The notes under the pieces were generated by a model. It saw nothing but the letters and a program-made list of their open reading frames with translations. It had not been told where the DNA came from and ran no database searches. A DNA stretch of 64,000 bases from Eukaryota sp. TZLM1-RC (Eukaryota; Protista; Metamonada: BaSk clade). The stretch spans positions 1,364,001-1,428,000 of the forward strand of contig JAUPSS010000002.1 in NCBI GenBank assembly GCA_040285825.1, written 5' to 3'. The first letter of the stretch is position 1, and each line of letters starts with the position of its first letter. Positions 33,206-45,503 of this stretch are shown here, in pieces. A program made the position numbers and the translations under genes.

Positions 33206-35599
33206 CTATAAACTAGCACTAACCACATCATCCCCATTACCTCGAACCATTACAGTAGGACCCACCTCATTGGTCAATTCTGTCAAGACCTCCAACCAAT
33301 CATTGTGATTAGGTTGGTTGATTGCTATGAAGCTAATGTCAGATGACCGAGAGTATTTCTTTATCAATGTGTTCAGATTTTTATCTTCAGCATTGTCTAT
33401 AATCACTTCAGCCTCTATTCGGGTAACTGCCAAAAGTTCATTCATAAACTCTTCTACATTGTGTAAATCAGATCGTTCTGCGATGCTTAACAATCTGATG
33501 TTGGTTCTACCTTTCCAGAACGAAGATCTGGACAGAACGAATGCATAGAGCAAGGAAAGGTGAACAGTCTTCACGTCACTATCACCATTAAGATCAAGAA
33601 ATGGCCATACGTCAATGACGAGCTTTGTTGGCTGTTTTGCAAGAATTTCTGTATCAAATGTGCCAAAGTTTCTGGCTAACAAAAGGTTTTTCTTATGCAA
33701 AAGAATGTCAGAGGCAACGTCAACAAAACCAGATTCGCCAAGATTCCAATGAGAATCATACTCATCAAAAAAATATATAAAGACTGAATTTGGTTTCAAT
33801 TGACCTAGCCCAGATAAAAGAACTAATTGAGTTACCAAAGATCGAAAATCTTGACCAGCGTTGACCATTGGAAAAGCCTTGACTCCAGATGATGTGATGA
33901 TATTGGTCAGCTCATCTTTTTTATCAATAATACGTTCAACCTCTGATGAATGTCCCTTTAAAACAGACGAAAAGATAAATAAGCCCCCCTTCTTCAATTG
34001 ATTGATAAACTTAACAACATTGACACTGGCTCTACAGTCAGGATCCCTAAAGATAGCCAAAATACTAGGTCTCCAATACTTAGTGTGGACTGTCTTGGAA
34101 TCTAATCGAAGTAGATATTTGCGGACTGTGTGGAATAATAATGCTTGGGAAATATCGCCATTACACTCATTAAACAAACGAACAGGAGCTTTGAAATGAA
34201 TGTAGAAAAAAACTAATAATAAAAGACAAAGAGAAACAGTGGCATACATTGGAGAAGAGAGTGCCATAACAATCAAACAACCAATGACACCCAATAGTCC
34301 AACCGACCAATGAAAGTACCGAAAGGAAGGCCTAAAGTTGGGAGCCCCGCTAATTCTCAGAGTAAAACAAGCAAGATTTACGATGGCATAAGAGAGCAAG
34401 AAAAAATTTGAATCTATCTTAGCAACAAGATCAACAGAACCAAAAAACAAAACAATCTGAAGAAGAACAAACGTCAGACAAGTAGCTACTCTGGGTTCAT
34501 CTTTATCTTTACTTCCCTTCTTAAAAGGAGAAAGAACAGGCAGCAGATCGTCCCTTGCTAGAGCTTGAAGAACCCTGCCAGCTCCCACCAAACTAGAAAG
34601 AGCTGAGCCGAGAAGAACAGCATAAGCGGCAGAGGAAACTAGAAAGTGAGACACAGATAGTTGTTGTAAAATGAAGTAATTCTCTTGTAAAATCTGTCTG
34701 GTGGTAGATCCAGCTAACAGAATATACAACAAAGTGTAAGTAAACAAAGCCGTAAAGAATGCGGTAAATGCACCCCTGGGGATGGAACGAGGAGTGGCTA
34801 AGTCCCCACTCATATTAACCCCTGCCATAATACCCGTCAATGCAGGGAAATTGATGACGAAAACAGCTGTAAAGGAATATTTAAGTGTGGGGTTGCTGGG
34901 ATCAATTGGGGTATATGAGGAGTACAAGTTTGACTTAAAGGTGTCAATACACAGACCGGTGAACCCTTCAGAAGAAAATGGTTTGATATAAAATATTGAA
35001 AAGATCACACATAGCAGAGCCGCAGAAACATAGATAAAGATTGCACAAGTAGTTTTGGAAAACACGTCAGCTCCAATTAAAGTGATTGAAGTTAAAGCAA
35101 TCAAAGTGATAGAGGAAATAATGAACTTGGTCCAAAATAAATCGTTTTCTGGTTGACCTGTGTTGACAAAATTGAGGGAAGGATAATCATGAAGAAGGGT
35201 GTCTGTAAAGCCAATAGTGGAGAGAATGCAGCTAAAGGCATTAGCAAGATAGAACAACAATCCAATTGAGCCTCCAAATTCAGGACCTAAAGAGCGCGAT
35301 ATAAGGTAAAATGCACCTCCTCCTTTAAGAGGTCCATTAGTTGCGATGGAAGATATTGAAAGCAAGGTCAAGAAGGTAATGAGACCACCAAGGAAAGTGA
35401 TCGCCAACGCTTGAATGAATCCAGACTGCCCTAGTACCCATCCCAAGCGTAGAAAAACAATCACACTGAACATACATAAGATTGTGGGACAAAACACCCC
35501 TGAGAACGTCGACAGCGCGTTCTTTTGTTGCACCTTTGACTTAACAACATCAACATCAGAATTGATAAGTAGAGTAGATTCCAATGATGAATCCTTCAT
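33206..35599 (-). CDS. Cation-chloride cotransporter, SLC12A9-like
   Basis: GVF.P....F.VI.FLRLGWV.G, SRSLGPEFGGSIG, FPA.TGIMAG.NMSGDL, APNFRPSFRYF and KYWRP motifs. Confidence 0.9.
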   Translation of the reverse strand: MKDSSLESTLLINSDVDVVKSKVQQKNALSTFSGVFCPTILCMFSVIVFLRLGWVLGQSGFIQALAITFLGGLITFLTLLSISSIATNGPLKGGGAFYLISRSLGPEFGGSIGLLFYLANAFSCILSTIGFTDTLLHDYPSLNFVNTGQPENDLFWTKFIISSITLIALTSITLIGADVFSKTTCAIFIYVSAALLCVIFSIFYIKPFSSEGFTGLCIDTFKSNLYSSYTPIDPSNPTLKYSFTAVFVINFPALTGIMAGVNMSGDLATPRSIPRGAFTAFFTALFTYTLLYILLAGSTTRQILQENYFILQQLSVSHFLVSSAAYAVLLGSALSSLVGAGRVLQALARDDLLPVLSPFKKGSKDKDEPRVATCLTFVLLQIVLFFGSVDLVAKIDSNFFLLSYAIVNLACFTLRISGAPNFRPSFRYFHWSVGLLGVIGCLIVMALSSPMYATVSLCLLLLVFFYIHFKAPVRLFNECNGDISQALLFHTVRKYLLRLDSKTVHTKYWRPSILAIFRDPDCRASVNVVKFINQLKKGGLFIFSSVLKGHSSEVERIIDKKDELTNIITSSGVKAFPMVNAGQDFRSLVTQLVLLSGLGQLKPNSVFIYFFDEYDSHWNLGESGFVDVASDILLHKKNLLLARNFGTFDTEILAKQPTKLVIDVWPFLDLNGDSDVKTVHLSLLYAFVLSRSSFWKGRTNIRLLSIAERSDLHNVEEFMNELLAVTRIEAEVIIDNAEDKNLNTLIKKYSRSSDISFIAINQPNHNDWLEVLTELTNEVGPTVMVRGNGDDVVSASL

Positions 35600-35944
35600 G
35601 ATGTTGCGGTGAAGTTCTATCAAAAATGATTGCTTCTAAATTAGTACTCATCATCTTTCAATCCATTTGATTTCCAAATGTGTAAAGTGCAATGTTCAAT
35701 GAACAATGTCATATTTAAGATCAGAAAATATGAATGTTTATCATCAACGGCTGTCCATGTTGATTGATCTACCTCCTGGAATCTTTAAGTTTGCATGAAG
35801 ATTGATCTTCCAATTCACTTCATGCTAAATGCACATTAACATGAAACTATTCACTCTACTATTAGCCCCAATGTTTCAGAGAGAATTGTCTATCTAGTGT
35901 TTTTGCTTTAGTTTCAAAAAAGGTTTTTTCTGATTTTTTAGTCA

Positions 35945-36680
35945 TTTAATATGAAATATGAAAACATGAAATACACAACTAAAACTCCACATCCTCAAAA
36001 CCTGCTTCCCCTACATCAAAACAATTAATCGCTAAAGATTCAGAAAATTTTCCAAAAGAAGAGAGTGAATCAGAAATTAGTTGTACCAATCCCTTAAAAA
36101 TGGAAAATACAATCCTGTTTTACCAGTAAACACGATTGAAAATTCGTCCAATTCTTTCCTTTACAACTGCAACAGAATCCTCAAGGAAAGCCATAGCAGC
36201 CTTACCTAGAGATCCAAGCAAAGAAAAAACAAAGCGACATCAATTACATTGGGCATGAGAATTTGGGTTTCGCATATTTAGCAATTTTATATTTTTCGCC
36301 TGCAAGAAGAGGATAACTTACATCTGAGTTGATGAAATGTTCGTTAGAAGAATTACAAGGGTCAATGGACATGACGTCTAAAATAGTAAAACTACCATTT
36401 AAGCCAGGAACAACCAGATCACCTCTTGTCAGACCCAAAGAAGCTCTGTTGTAGCGCGTACTAACAATATTGGGGTCATCAAGAATTAAGTTTGATAAGA
36501 ACGGCTCCAAAAAGGAATCTACTCGATATGATTTACACATTACATAAGTTTGGTCCCTGACATTATTATGCACTTTACTTCTAAATGTAATGAAATGTTC
36601 ACAATTCAAAAGATGAGTAAACAAAAGAGGTTTACCATATTTACATGTTAAATAATTGGGCAAATTGTTTAGCTATAGAA
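35945..36680 (-). mobile_element. Family C retrotransposon 3' fragment (without the 600-bp extension)
   Basis: HLLNCEHFITFRSKVH..VRD..EP..RGDLVVPG..LDVMSIDP. Confidence 0.85.
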
Positions 36681-36717
36681 AATAAAGGAGTATTAAATTT
36701 GATTCACAGGATCATAA

Positions 36718-36870
36718 TTGCAGAATGTCATTGTTTCAACTATACTGACTTGCAAAAAGTGTGGATGTCTATGGAATCGTAATGTCAATGCTGTTCTTTA
36801 TATGATTCATGTTGTGGATCAGTATCTCAAGGGAAATGAAAGACCTCAAGTTTTGAAAAGATCAACTTGA
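36718..36870 (+). pseudogene. Fanzor C-terminal remnant (family F3)
   Basis: Hand translation ILTCKKCGCLWNRNVNAVLYMIHVVDQYLKGNERPQVLKRST* gives zinc finger, WNR(D>N).NA and G..RP..L.R, the typical Fanzor1 tail. Confidence 0.7.
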
Positions 36871-36933
36871 TTCATTTCATCTTCATATTCCAGCATATTC
36901 TACTGCTATTTGACATTTTTGTGCTATTAGCCG

Positions 36934-37260
36934 ATGTCATTACTTCAACTTCAACATAGACACCGTGAGTTAGCTCAGCATTACCACCTGCTTTCAACTC
37001 AACTAGAACAATCTTCTAATTACCTTTCCAAACTAGATTCTACATCTCCCACTTTGCTCCATTCTGTCATCTCCCATTGCAGGCTTTCTTCCCCATTCTC
37101 TATGGCGCCTCACTTCTACGATCCAAATGTTCCAGAGAGCCTGTGGCCGTATAGGCTTTTTCATCCCACTCCTGAATTGCAGCTGTTCAGAAGTGTGTTG
37201 TTTCATGTACCACAAGAAGTCTCTACATTTATAGATAATGAATTAGGAAAACAAAAATAA
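36934..37260 (+). CDS. Hypothetical protein (108 aa)
   Basis: ATG-initiated ORF with coding-like composition, convergent with the next gene. Confidence 0.55.
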   Translation: MSLLQLQHRHRELAQHYHLLSTQLEQSSNYLSKLDSTSPTLLHSVISHCRLSSPFSMAPHFYDPNVPESLWPYRLFHPTPELQLFRSVLFHVPQEVSTFIDNELGKQK

Positions 37261-37434
37261 TTTGACTTAGGTTTAGGATTAATTTATCATTATATGTAAA
37301 TAGTACAAGAATCAAAATAGTCTAGAGTTATACCAAAACTTAGATTAAAATTATAACTATAATACAATTACAATACAAAAAACTTTTGAAGTTACAATAA
37401 ATAAAATAGATAATAAATGATAAAATAAAAATTA

Positions 37435-38334
37435 TTATTTGCCAAAATTCCTCAAATTCATTTCTTTTGCAGCCAATTGACTTTCATATTCATCAACCAA
37501 GGTATACCTTCTAGGCGATCCACTATGTTCCATTTGTTTTAACTGAGTTAATCGTATTTGATCCTCCAATATAGATTTGAGAGAAGACTTTAATTCCAAT
37601 GACTTATCAACAGGCATTTCTCTTTCTTCGTGAAACATTTGAGACAATCTTTTATAATTACGTGGACTTGGCCTTACCTCACCATTGAAAACACCACCAA
37701 TTGGGCCAAAGGGTTGACTTGGGGGAGGAGAATTGACAGTGTTTTGCTTTGAGGATTTAAAAGAATCAAGATCGTTTCTGAATTGGACCTGCTGATCTAA
37801 TTGTCGTTGTTTAGCAGATTCAATTTCAGATTCAACGAACCAACGTTGATTTAGTCTTCCCTTACCCTTAGTGGAAGGTACAGTTAATGGCTCACGATAA
37901 GAACCAGCAGGAACATCGCTGGTTCTTCTTAGTGGGGGACTCGATGATGTGGCAAATGGTGCACGGGAAGAAGAAATTGATGAGTGAGAGGACGAAACAG
38001 GAGGTCCAGATGACCGTAGTTGAAGACCAGATTTAACAATAATAGGAGAATTTGATTTAGTAGAGCCGTTAGGGTAAGATTTCTTTTCTTGAAGAATGGC
38101 AGAACGGATCGCACTCAGACGTTCTCGAGAGGGAGACCTTTCGTTACCTGTGTAGGCTGCCGAGGTAGTATCTCGTTCTCTTTGTCTGCGTTTTTGAAAA
38201 GTTTCAATCTCAGAAAGTCTGTCCTTACACAATGATTCCTTTTGACTTAGACTAAGTTTAGAATTGAGTCGGGAAGAAGGAAGTTCGACGTAGTCTTTGA
38301 CATCGCCAAATACTGGAGGATAACTATCATCCAT
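37435..38334 (-). CDS. Hypothetical S/P-rich, partly coiled-coil protein
   Basis: ~300-aa ORF. No family recognised. Confidence 0.7.
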   Translation of the reverse strand: MDDSYPPVFGDVKDYVELPSSRLNSKLSLSQKESLCKDRLSEIETFQKRRQRERDTTSAAYTGNERSPSRERLSAIRSAILQEKKSYPNGSTKSNSPIIVKSGLQLRSSGPPVSSSHSSISSSRAPFATSSSPPLRRTSDVPAGSYREPLTVPSTKGKGRLNQRWFVESEIESAKQRQLDQQVQFRNDLDSFKSSKQNTVNSPPPSQPFGPIGGVFNGEVRPSPRNYKRLSQMFHEEREMPVDKSLELKSSLKSILEDQIRLTQLKQMEHSGSPRRYTLVDEYESQLAAKEMNLRNFGK

Positions 38335-38389
38335 TGCTTTTAGCAAAGGTTAAAGGTTGTTAGGGACACAATAGTTAAATTATGTGTTG

Positions 38390-38625
38390 AATAGATTTTA
38401 CCAAAAGACTTCGAAAATCAATGAATAGATTTGATGTCTTTTTGTGGCGCTTCAGAATTCCAATCACTATAACTAATATATTACCTCGGTTCTTTTATCG
38501 AATAAGAGGAGTAATTGCGAGAAAACATGTAGATCAGCATATTGTAGAGGAAATCCTGATTCAATGAATTCGTTCCATTAGTTCTAAATTTTTTATTCAT
38601 TGTCGTAGTTCAATCAAATTAAGTT
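38390..38625 (+). mobile_element. Degenerate family B 3' end
   Basis: Similar to 4700-4905 (RFD..LWR.RI...VEEIL). Confidence 0.7.
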
Positions 38626-38944
38626 TTTTTAAAATCAGTTCATTTTTGTTTCTGGAATCACAACTTAAAATTTAAGCTATGGTGAAAGTGGTGGTTAAAG
38701 AACTATGTACATAACTTCAAAGGATAGTGTTAAATTTATAACTCATAGTAACGATGAATAAACAGGATCGATTTTACGTTCAATCAAGTATTTGCTCAAT
38801 ATTACAGACAAATTATAACATAAATGCATTGAAAACAGTCTTAAAGAATATTTGCTACCATTGATCAACTTTGTGATCAATACATATTTGAAATCAAATA
38901 AACAAACAAATAAACAAACGTTCACAACATGCTACCAATCAAAC

Positions 38945-40128
38945 TTAACATTCGTGAGTACCTTGATGGGACATATTCATAGTCAACGATTGACATATCT
39001 TTTGTTGTTCATGAAGTGATTTCAATCCAACAGCCTTATTACTATTGGAATAGCAGAATTTTTCTAATGCTTCTTGCTGAAAAGAGTTAAATGAATTCGC
39101 AGCCAAAACAGACACCACATTAGAAGTAAATCCAACTTGATGAACATCAATATGGCGATTTTCCTCTGATTGAAATAGGGGAGATGAGGCGTAACCTCCA
39201 GTATAAGAAAGTTGTTGAATCTCTATCTGAGGAGTACACTTGGTAAGGGTTGAAGGTGGAGCTTCCTGAGAAGATGACGATGATTGCACATTCGACACCT
39301 TCTGAAAGGATGAACAACTTGATGACATAAAATCAGACTTAAAATCTTTTTGTGGGCAAGGGTGTATACTTGAATAACTTGACAAAGTAACTGGCCTTTG
39401 AACAGTCTTTGTAAGCACCACTTGCGATGCCTTTGCCAGTCTGTTTCGTTTCACAATAGAGACTAGTTTACGTGCTAACAAGGCTTCTCTGCGACACATG
39501 TATTGATGTAATCGCTTAGTGTCAAAGTAATGGCGAATATGTTTCTTGGCTTCTGGTAGCATTTTGGATTGGCGAACGTTCCATTCCAAAATGCCCTTGC
39601 GTAAACGGTTTTCAGTAATTAGTCCTATTGCCTTGTAAACAGAAACAACTGTACAGATTCGTTGACGGGCAAATCCTGTAGCTATGGCTAAAGCATCTCT
39701 GGTTTTCTCAGCATCTGGAGTATCTGACCTCTGAAGTTCACTTGATAGTTGGAGACAGAGCAGGGAAATATTGCGTGTAGATCGTTTTCTACCAGATGCT
39801 TTTTTATCATCAACAGGCAATGTGATCTCTTCTTTTTCATCATCATCGGTCAAATCATTGTCAACATAACGTGGAACAAATGCTTCTATGGTTAGAAAAG
39901 GAACATAAAAATACTATCATCACAAACTAAGGAGTTGATGGGCCGATAAAGATGTCTATATGGTGCAATAGGTAGAATGAGACTTGCAGGGTTAGTTGTT
40001 CCTTGATGAGGCGCTATTCCATGAGGAACACTTGAGGTGGCCAGTTTTAGTAAATTGATGGTTTCTGATCTGAGTGGGGAGCTATTCAAAGAGTTTGACG
40101 AGGTGCAGGGAGATCGATCAGGTGACAT
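38945..40128 (-). CDS. Divergent E2F/DP-like winged-helix transcription factor; 29-nt intron at 39886-39914
   Basis: The intron GTATTT...CTAACCATAG joins the two ORFs in frame. RKRSTRNISLLC...LA..TG..RQRI..VVSVYKAIGLI...KG..EW resembles the E2F_TDP domain. Confidence 0.65.
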
Positions 40129-40650
40129 TTAGATTTATGCATATTGGGTTCATTAATACAGTGAACCCTCTATATCTGCAACCTCTTTACCTGAAATCCC
40201 TTCTCAACTGCAACACTATTTTTGGTCACAAAAATTCCATTAATTGTTTATTGAACACTGACCCTCTATATCTGCAATTTCAGTCTAAGTGAAATTTGCA
40301 GCGTGTTTCAAACTCCACTCAGGAAAATTAAACTGGAATATCCTCCCTAATTACAATGATGTTGGAAACATCATTGCATGTCATATTACTCTTCATTAAA
40401 GAGCTCTCTTGTTCCAGCTATGTCAGGTGATAATGGGAGTTCGAATATTTTTTCTATAAAACCTATCTCCTGCCTTTACTTTACAGAATTGTCTACATGG
40501 TTGAATATGGAGGAAGCAGATGAGGTTATAGAACTTGATTGATTGAGACCATACCTAAGAAATTCAGAATTTTTATGTATTTTAGCATTCTTGTATCTGT
40601 ATTTATTTTTTGGTATTATGTCAAATTTGATATCCAAAAACAATGAAGAT

Positions 40651-43225
40651 TTTTTTGAATTTTTTTAATATTTATTCCAATAAAAAACAAACTATAAGAC
40701 AAGGTTAAAATTCTATGTCTTCATAACCCAAATCAGCCAAGAAGAATTGACTAGAGGTTTTTCTTTCATAAACGCGTCCAAGAGATAACAAAGCTGAAGA
40801 TAATAAGGGAACAACCCCTTTGAAAATTGAAAATACAATTCTGTTTTGCCAAACACTCTTCCAGTACGTTGTTTCACAATTTCAACAAAATCATCCAGAA
40901 AAGACAAAGCAAGAGGTCCAAGCGTGCCATGAAGGGAAACTGCAAATGGACAGAGGACATAATGAGTATGCGATTCTGCATTCAAGGATAACAATTTTGC
41001 TTTGTATTTGTCAATTTTGGCTTTTTCGGAAACAGTTAAGGGGTTCCTATATTTTAATTGAGCCATTGGATTAATAGAACCATTACCGAAATCAGTGGAT
41101 CTCACATCTGTAATAATGGTAGTACCTTCAAGACCTCAAGCATTAAATCACCTCTATTGCGACCAAACGAATTCAAAGTATCTTCATCAACCAAACGGGA
41201 AAGTAATGGTTCTAAAAAGGAAACAATTCTATGTGATTTAGACATACAATAGAGTTGATCTCTCACCTCATCATGAACTTTGGATCGGAAAGTAATAAAA
41301 TGTTTACATTTGGTCTTCACTTAACAAATGAAGCTTGGAAACAAAACATGCGGTTGAGATTGGGGCTGTATCCAAGTGGTCTTTTGGATAATTCTGTTTG
41401 TATTTGTAACGAAAAACCTATTGCCAATTTCCGTCATATTGTTAGTTGTAAAAAAATTCCTTCAATATCGGTCAGTTCATCTTAATGCCGTTCGTGATGT
41501 GACATATGAGATGTCCAAGTGTTACAATTTTAGTTGCAAAGTAGAACCGTTGTTGAAGCATTATAGCGATAATAATCTGTTTAATTCAGGTCGAGGTAAT
41601 TTAATTGCTCCTTTTGTGGATTCCTCTCAAGTTGTTGTTGATTTTACTACAGTTGATCCCTTTGCTTTTATTTATCGTGATGATGATTTACTTAGTGCTA
41701 ATGGTCATTTAAACAAGGCTGAAGATCGTAAAAGAGATAAATATACTGAGATATTAAATGATTTAAATAAGAATCTTTACTCGAAGTTTTCGTTTGTTCC
41801 TTTTGCCTTTGCGATTTTTGGCAACATTGGACAGTCCGCTTTGAATTTTATCAATGATTTTGGTAATTTATGTCGTTCAAGTGGTAAGAATTTTGCAGGG
41901 AATTTATGGAAGAATCGTATCATTTTCGCTTTGTACAAAAGTGTTCCCAAGTACTTGAGTTTAATGATGTCCAAGCTGTATAAGGATTCATCAAGAGTTG
42001 GCGTGGAGAATTTTGTTTCTTATGTGTTTTAGTTTGTTTTGTTATGTTTTGTTATTTTTTTTAATAACTAATTTTATATTAAAAAAATGTTTACAATTGA
42101 ATAAATGATTTGGAGAAATTTTTGATCCACATTTACAAATCAAATCATGAAACACGTTATCAGGCCAAATAAAACAAGGAAGGCGCATTGTACAAGAAAA
42201 TTCGGTATCATTGAAAAGAAGACCATAATTTTGAGGAATCTGAGTAATTAAACACGAAGAGGAACTGTTTTGGGCATCTAACAAACAATTTGCAAAAGCG
42301 AAATTATCTTTTTTTGCCGAGCCAAGACGAACCTTAACATCCAATCCTCGAAAAACTGTTGTTAACGTTAGTTGCAATTGTTTAACACAATACCTCACAT
42401 TAACTAGTGTTCTAGATGGTATTTCCTGTACGTTGTCGGGAAAACATTTACTCCAAATTTCAGAGTGCAAACAATCAAGATCATTTTGTAGGTCTCTAAG
42501 AAAAGTATTGCTTGTAAAATTCAATAAATTAACATTATTGGGAAAACGGTTGCAAAATTCAAATACAAAATTTTTTCCTCCACCAAGAAAAACAGCTTGA
42601 CAGAGAATAGACGATTTAGTGAAATTAATTCCACCAAAATTAGATGATGAAAATACATGACTTCGAATTAGTTCAGGATTGACATCAATCAAAGATGCAA
42701 AAATTTTTGTTCTCAAATAGTTAAATGAGCGGCAACACTCACGTGAAACATCAGGAGATGTTGTTCTTAAAATGTGAGTAATTTTACCGGAGTAGCAAAT
42801 TTTTAAAATAAACAACTTAATATGTTTCTCAATTTCAAATGACGAAATTGTATCAAGCTCAGAACCCAATTTCATAAAAAGATTATTTAATTCTTCAGTA
42901 ATTTTTGGAACATTTCCAAGCCAGTAACCTAGGAAACGAAAAGCATCTGAGGAATAGTTAAGAAAAGGAATTTCAACACCATCTTCATGGTTAATCTATC
43001 TTTTACCTTTCCTATGAGGAGACATTTGTCGACATTAAGCAAAAGACCAATATCTCTGTAAAACAGTGAAACCTTCAGAAGCAATTTCATTTAAAACATT
43101 TAATGGACCAATAATTGAGATGTCATCCATGTACCCTACTATCTTCAACATCGGATAGCGATTACTGAAATGAATCAAAGACTTGTGAATTGCTAAACAA
43201 AAGAGTAATGGCCCAAGGGGATCAC
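40651..43225 (-). mobile_element. Family A retrotransposon, 5'-truncated at GDPLGP and interrupted by a family D copy
   Basis: 12-bp TSD AACAATGAAGAT (40639-40650 and 43226-43237), short poly(A) tail, homologous to 395-2345. Confidence 0.9.
41309..42083 (+). mobile_element. Family D retrotransposon inserted antisense into family A
   Basis: 12-bp TSD AAAATGTTTACA (41297-41308 and 42084-42095). Confidence 0.9.
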
Positions 43226-43237
43226 AACAATGAAGAT

Positions 43238-44715
43238 AAATAAATAATTTTTTATCAATTTTATTAAAAATCTATAAATCAACATCTAAATAATCCACCT
43301 CTCCCAAAACAAAAACACTAGATGCAACTCGTTTATAGTGAGATCCAAGAGAAAGCAAAGCATCAGAAATCATCCCTTAATAATAGAAAACACAATACTA
43401 TTTTGCCAAAACAATCTTTTGAAATTTCTGTTAGTTCTTCTCTTTACAATCATTTCAAACTCTGCCAGAAAACGTATAGCCGTTGGAGCAAGTGAACCAA
43501 AAAGAGAAAATACAAATTGATACAAATTGTATTTTGCATGCTATTGACTGGACAATTGACACAAAAGTTCGTTGTATTTTTTGATTTTGAAATTTTCAGC
43601 ATTTGAAAGGGGATTATGAATTTCAGAATTAACTAGCCTTTCATTTGAGGCATTACAAGGATCAACAGACATTACATCCAATAAAATGAAACTTCCATCT
43701 AATCCAGGTAATATAACATCACCTCTATTATTCTTATGAAAATCATCTTCAGCATCAAACAGATTTGACAACAGAGGTTCCAAGAAGGATTCAATTCTAT
43801 GAGATTTACCCATACAATATAACTGGTCTCTTACAGCATCATGAACCTTGCTTCTAAAAGTAATAAAATGTTTACAATTTAACAAATGAGTAGTTGTAAT
43901 TTCTCGAGAACATTTACAAATTAAATTATGAGGTAAATTATCAGGCCAGATAAAGGAACGAAATCTCATATTCAGAGTCCAAGCAGAATCGGATAAGAGA
44001 GTACCATAAACTTGAGGAATTGTTGTTACTAAGGCAGAAGAAGTACTATTGCACATATCTTGTGAAAGATTTGCAAAAGCGGGATTCTTATTCATGGCCA
44101 AGCCAAGTCTAACATCAAAATCCAAGCTTTCAAAAATCTTTGACAATTTTTGTTGAAGCTTTTCACAGCAAAACTGCAAATTAAAAAGAGATCGGTTTGG
44201 AATTTTTTGAATTGATTGGGGAAAACATTTGGTCCGAATTTGTGGTGGTAATCTATCAAGTTCACAAGATAACTCATTCAAATATGGACTGCACCTGGGA
44301 ACTAACAGATGAGAATCTTCAGGAAATGCACGAGAAAATTCATAAATAGAATTTTTGCCACCACCCAAGAATGCTGATTGACACAAAATAGAAGATTTAG
44401 TAAATCCAATACCACCCAAATTTGTTGAAGAAAATAAGTGATTTTTCAACATTCCTGGTTCTACATCCAATAAATCAGCAAAAAATTCTGTTCTCAATGA
44501 ATTAAAGGAACGACAAAAATCTAATGCTATGGAAGGAGCACAAGATCTCAAAATGTGGGTTATTCTCCCAGTGTAGCAAATTTTAAGCATGAAAAATTTA
44601 ATATGTTTTTCTATATCTAAAGAAGAAATTGAATCAAGTTCAATTTTCATTGTTTTCCAAAATAACTTGTAATTCATTCTGAATTTGAGGCACATTTCCT
44701 AACCAACAACCAAAA
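43238..44715 (-). mobile_element. Family A-related (A') CRE-like retrotransposon fragment
   Basis: 384-aa ORF with THILRS, GGIG, CKC..HLLNC..HDAVRD and NRGD..LDV. Confidence 0.9.
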
Positions 44716-45299
44716 TAAACAAATATAGTGTTCATTATTGTAGGATACATATGATAGGGCTTAATGATATTTGAATTTATATTCCATGCAAGTTAAACAG
44801 TAGTTTAATAACTATAGCTGCACTGTTTTTGTCCGTTTTGGAGGTGTGTACTAGAATTTGAGATGTAAATAAAGCGCCTTCTTTTCTATTGAGGATATTT
44901 TGTAATAGGCTGTTGACTTTGAAAGACCCTCTATGACTGCAATTTGCAATCTGCAACGGTCTTTCCGATACCGACTCATTGCAGATATAGAGGGTTTGCT
45001 GTTTTAAGTTGGCCGTTCCAAAATTGAAATCTATTGGTTGCACAACGAATTTTTCAGGTTAGTATTTAGTATAGTAAACCATGTTTGAATTTATCAAGAC
45101 GACTACACCTCTTGAAAACTACCCAGTCTCAGACTCTACTTGGATTACCTTGGATTACTTGAATTGTTTGAGTATGATATTGAAAGGGTTGTATTTATGT
45201 GGAATAGAGGAAGCGCTCTCAAAAAATTCACCATTATTATTAGTGTTGAAAAAGGAAGGACCAGTGGAAAACGTCACAAAACGGTGGTGAACTAATAGG

Positions 45300-45485
45300 A
45301 AACAACAAAAAGTAGTGACTGAAAAAAGTATGTCAACATGCCATTCGTAGCAACAACATCTGTCACAGAGGAATACTCACAAAGGCACAGAGTTCAAAGG
45401 GACAACAGAGACTCTCTTTTAAACTCCAGGATCTCAAGATGCAGCTTGTTCTATATCTTAAACAAAAATATTATGGAATGCTGAG
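45300..45485 (+). pseudogene. Possible hAT transposase C-terminal (dimerisation) remnant
   Basis: Frameshifted VATTSVTEE...R.S...LKMQLVLYLN...W, loosely like ATS..ER.FS...R..L. Confidence 0.3.
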
Positions 45486-45503
45486 GAAAATGACTGTCTA
45501 ATT

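Larger units (their letters stand above)
40159..45001. mobile_element. pogo/Tc1-mariner-like TIR element (non-autonomous or decayed) carrying three nested retrotransposons
   Basis: TA|CAGTGAACCCTCTATATCTGCAA (40159-40181) versus TTGCAGATATAGAGGGTTTGCTG (44979-45001): 21/23 inverted match, with internal subterminal repeats of ACCCTCTAT. Confidence 0.7.
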
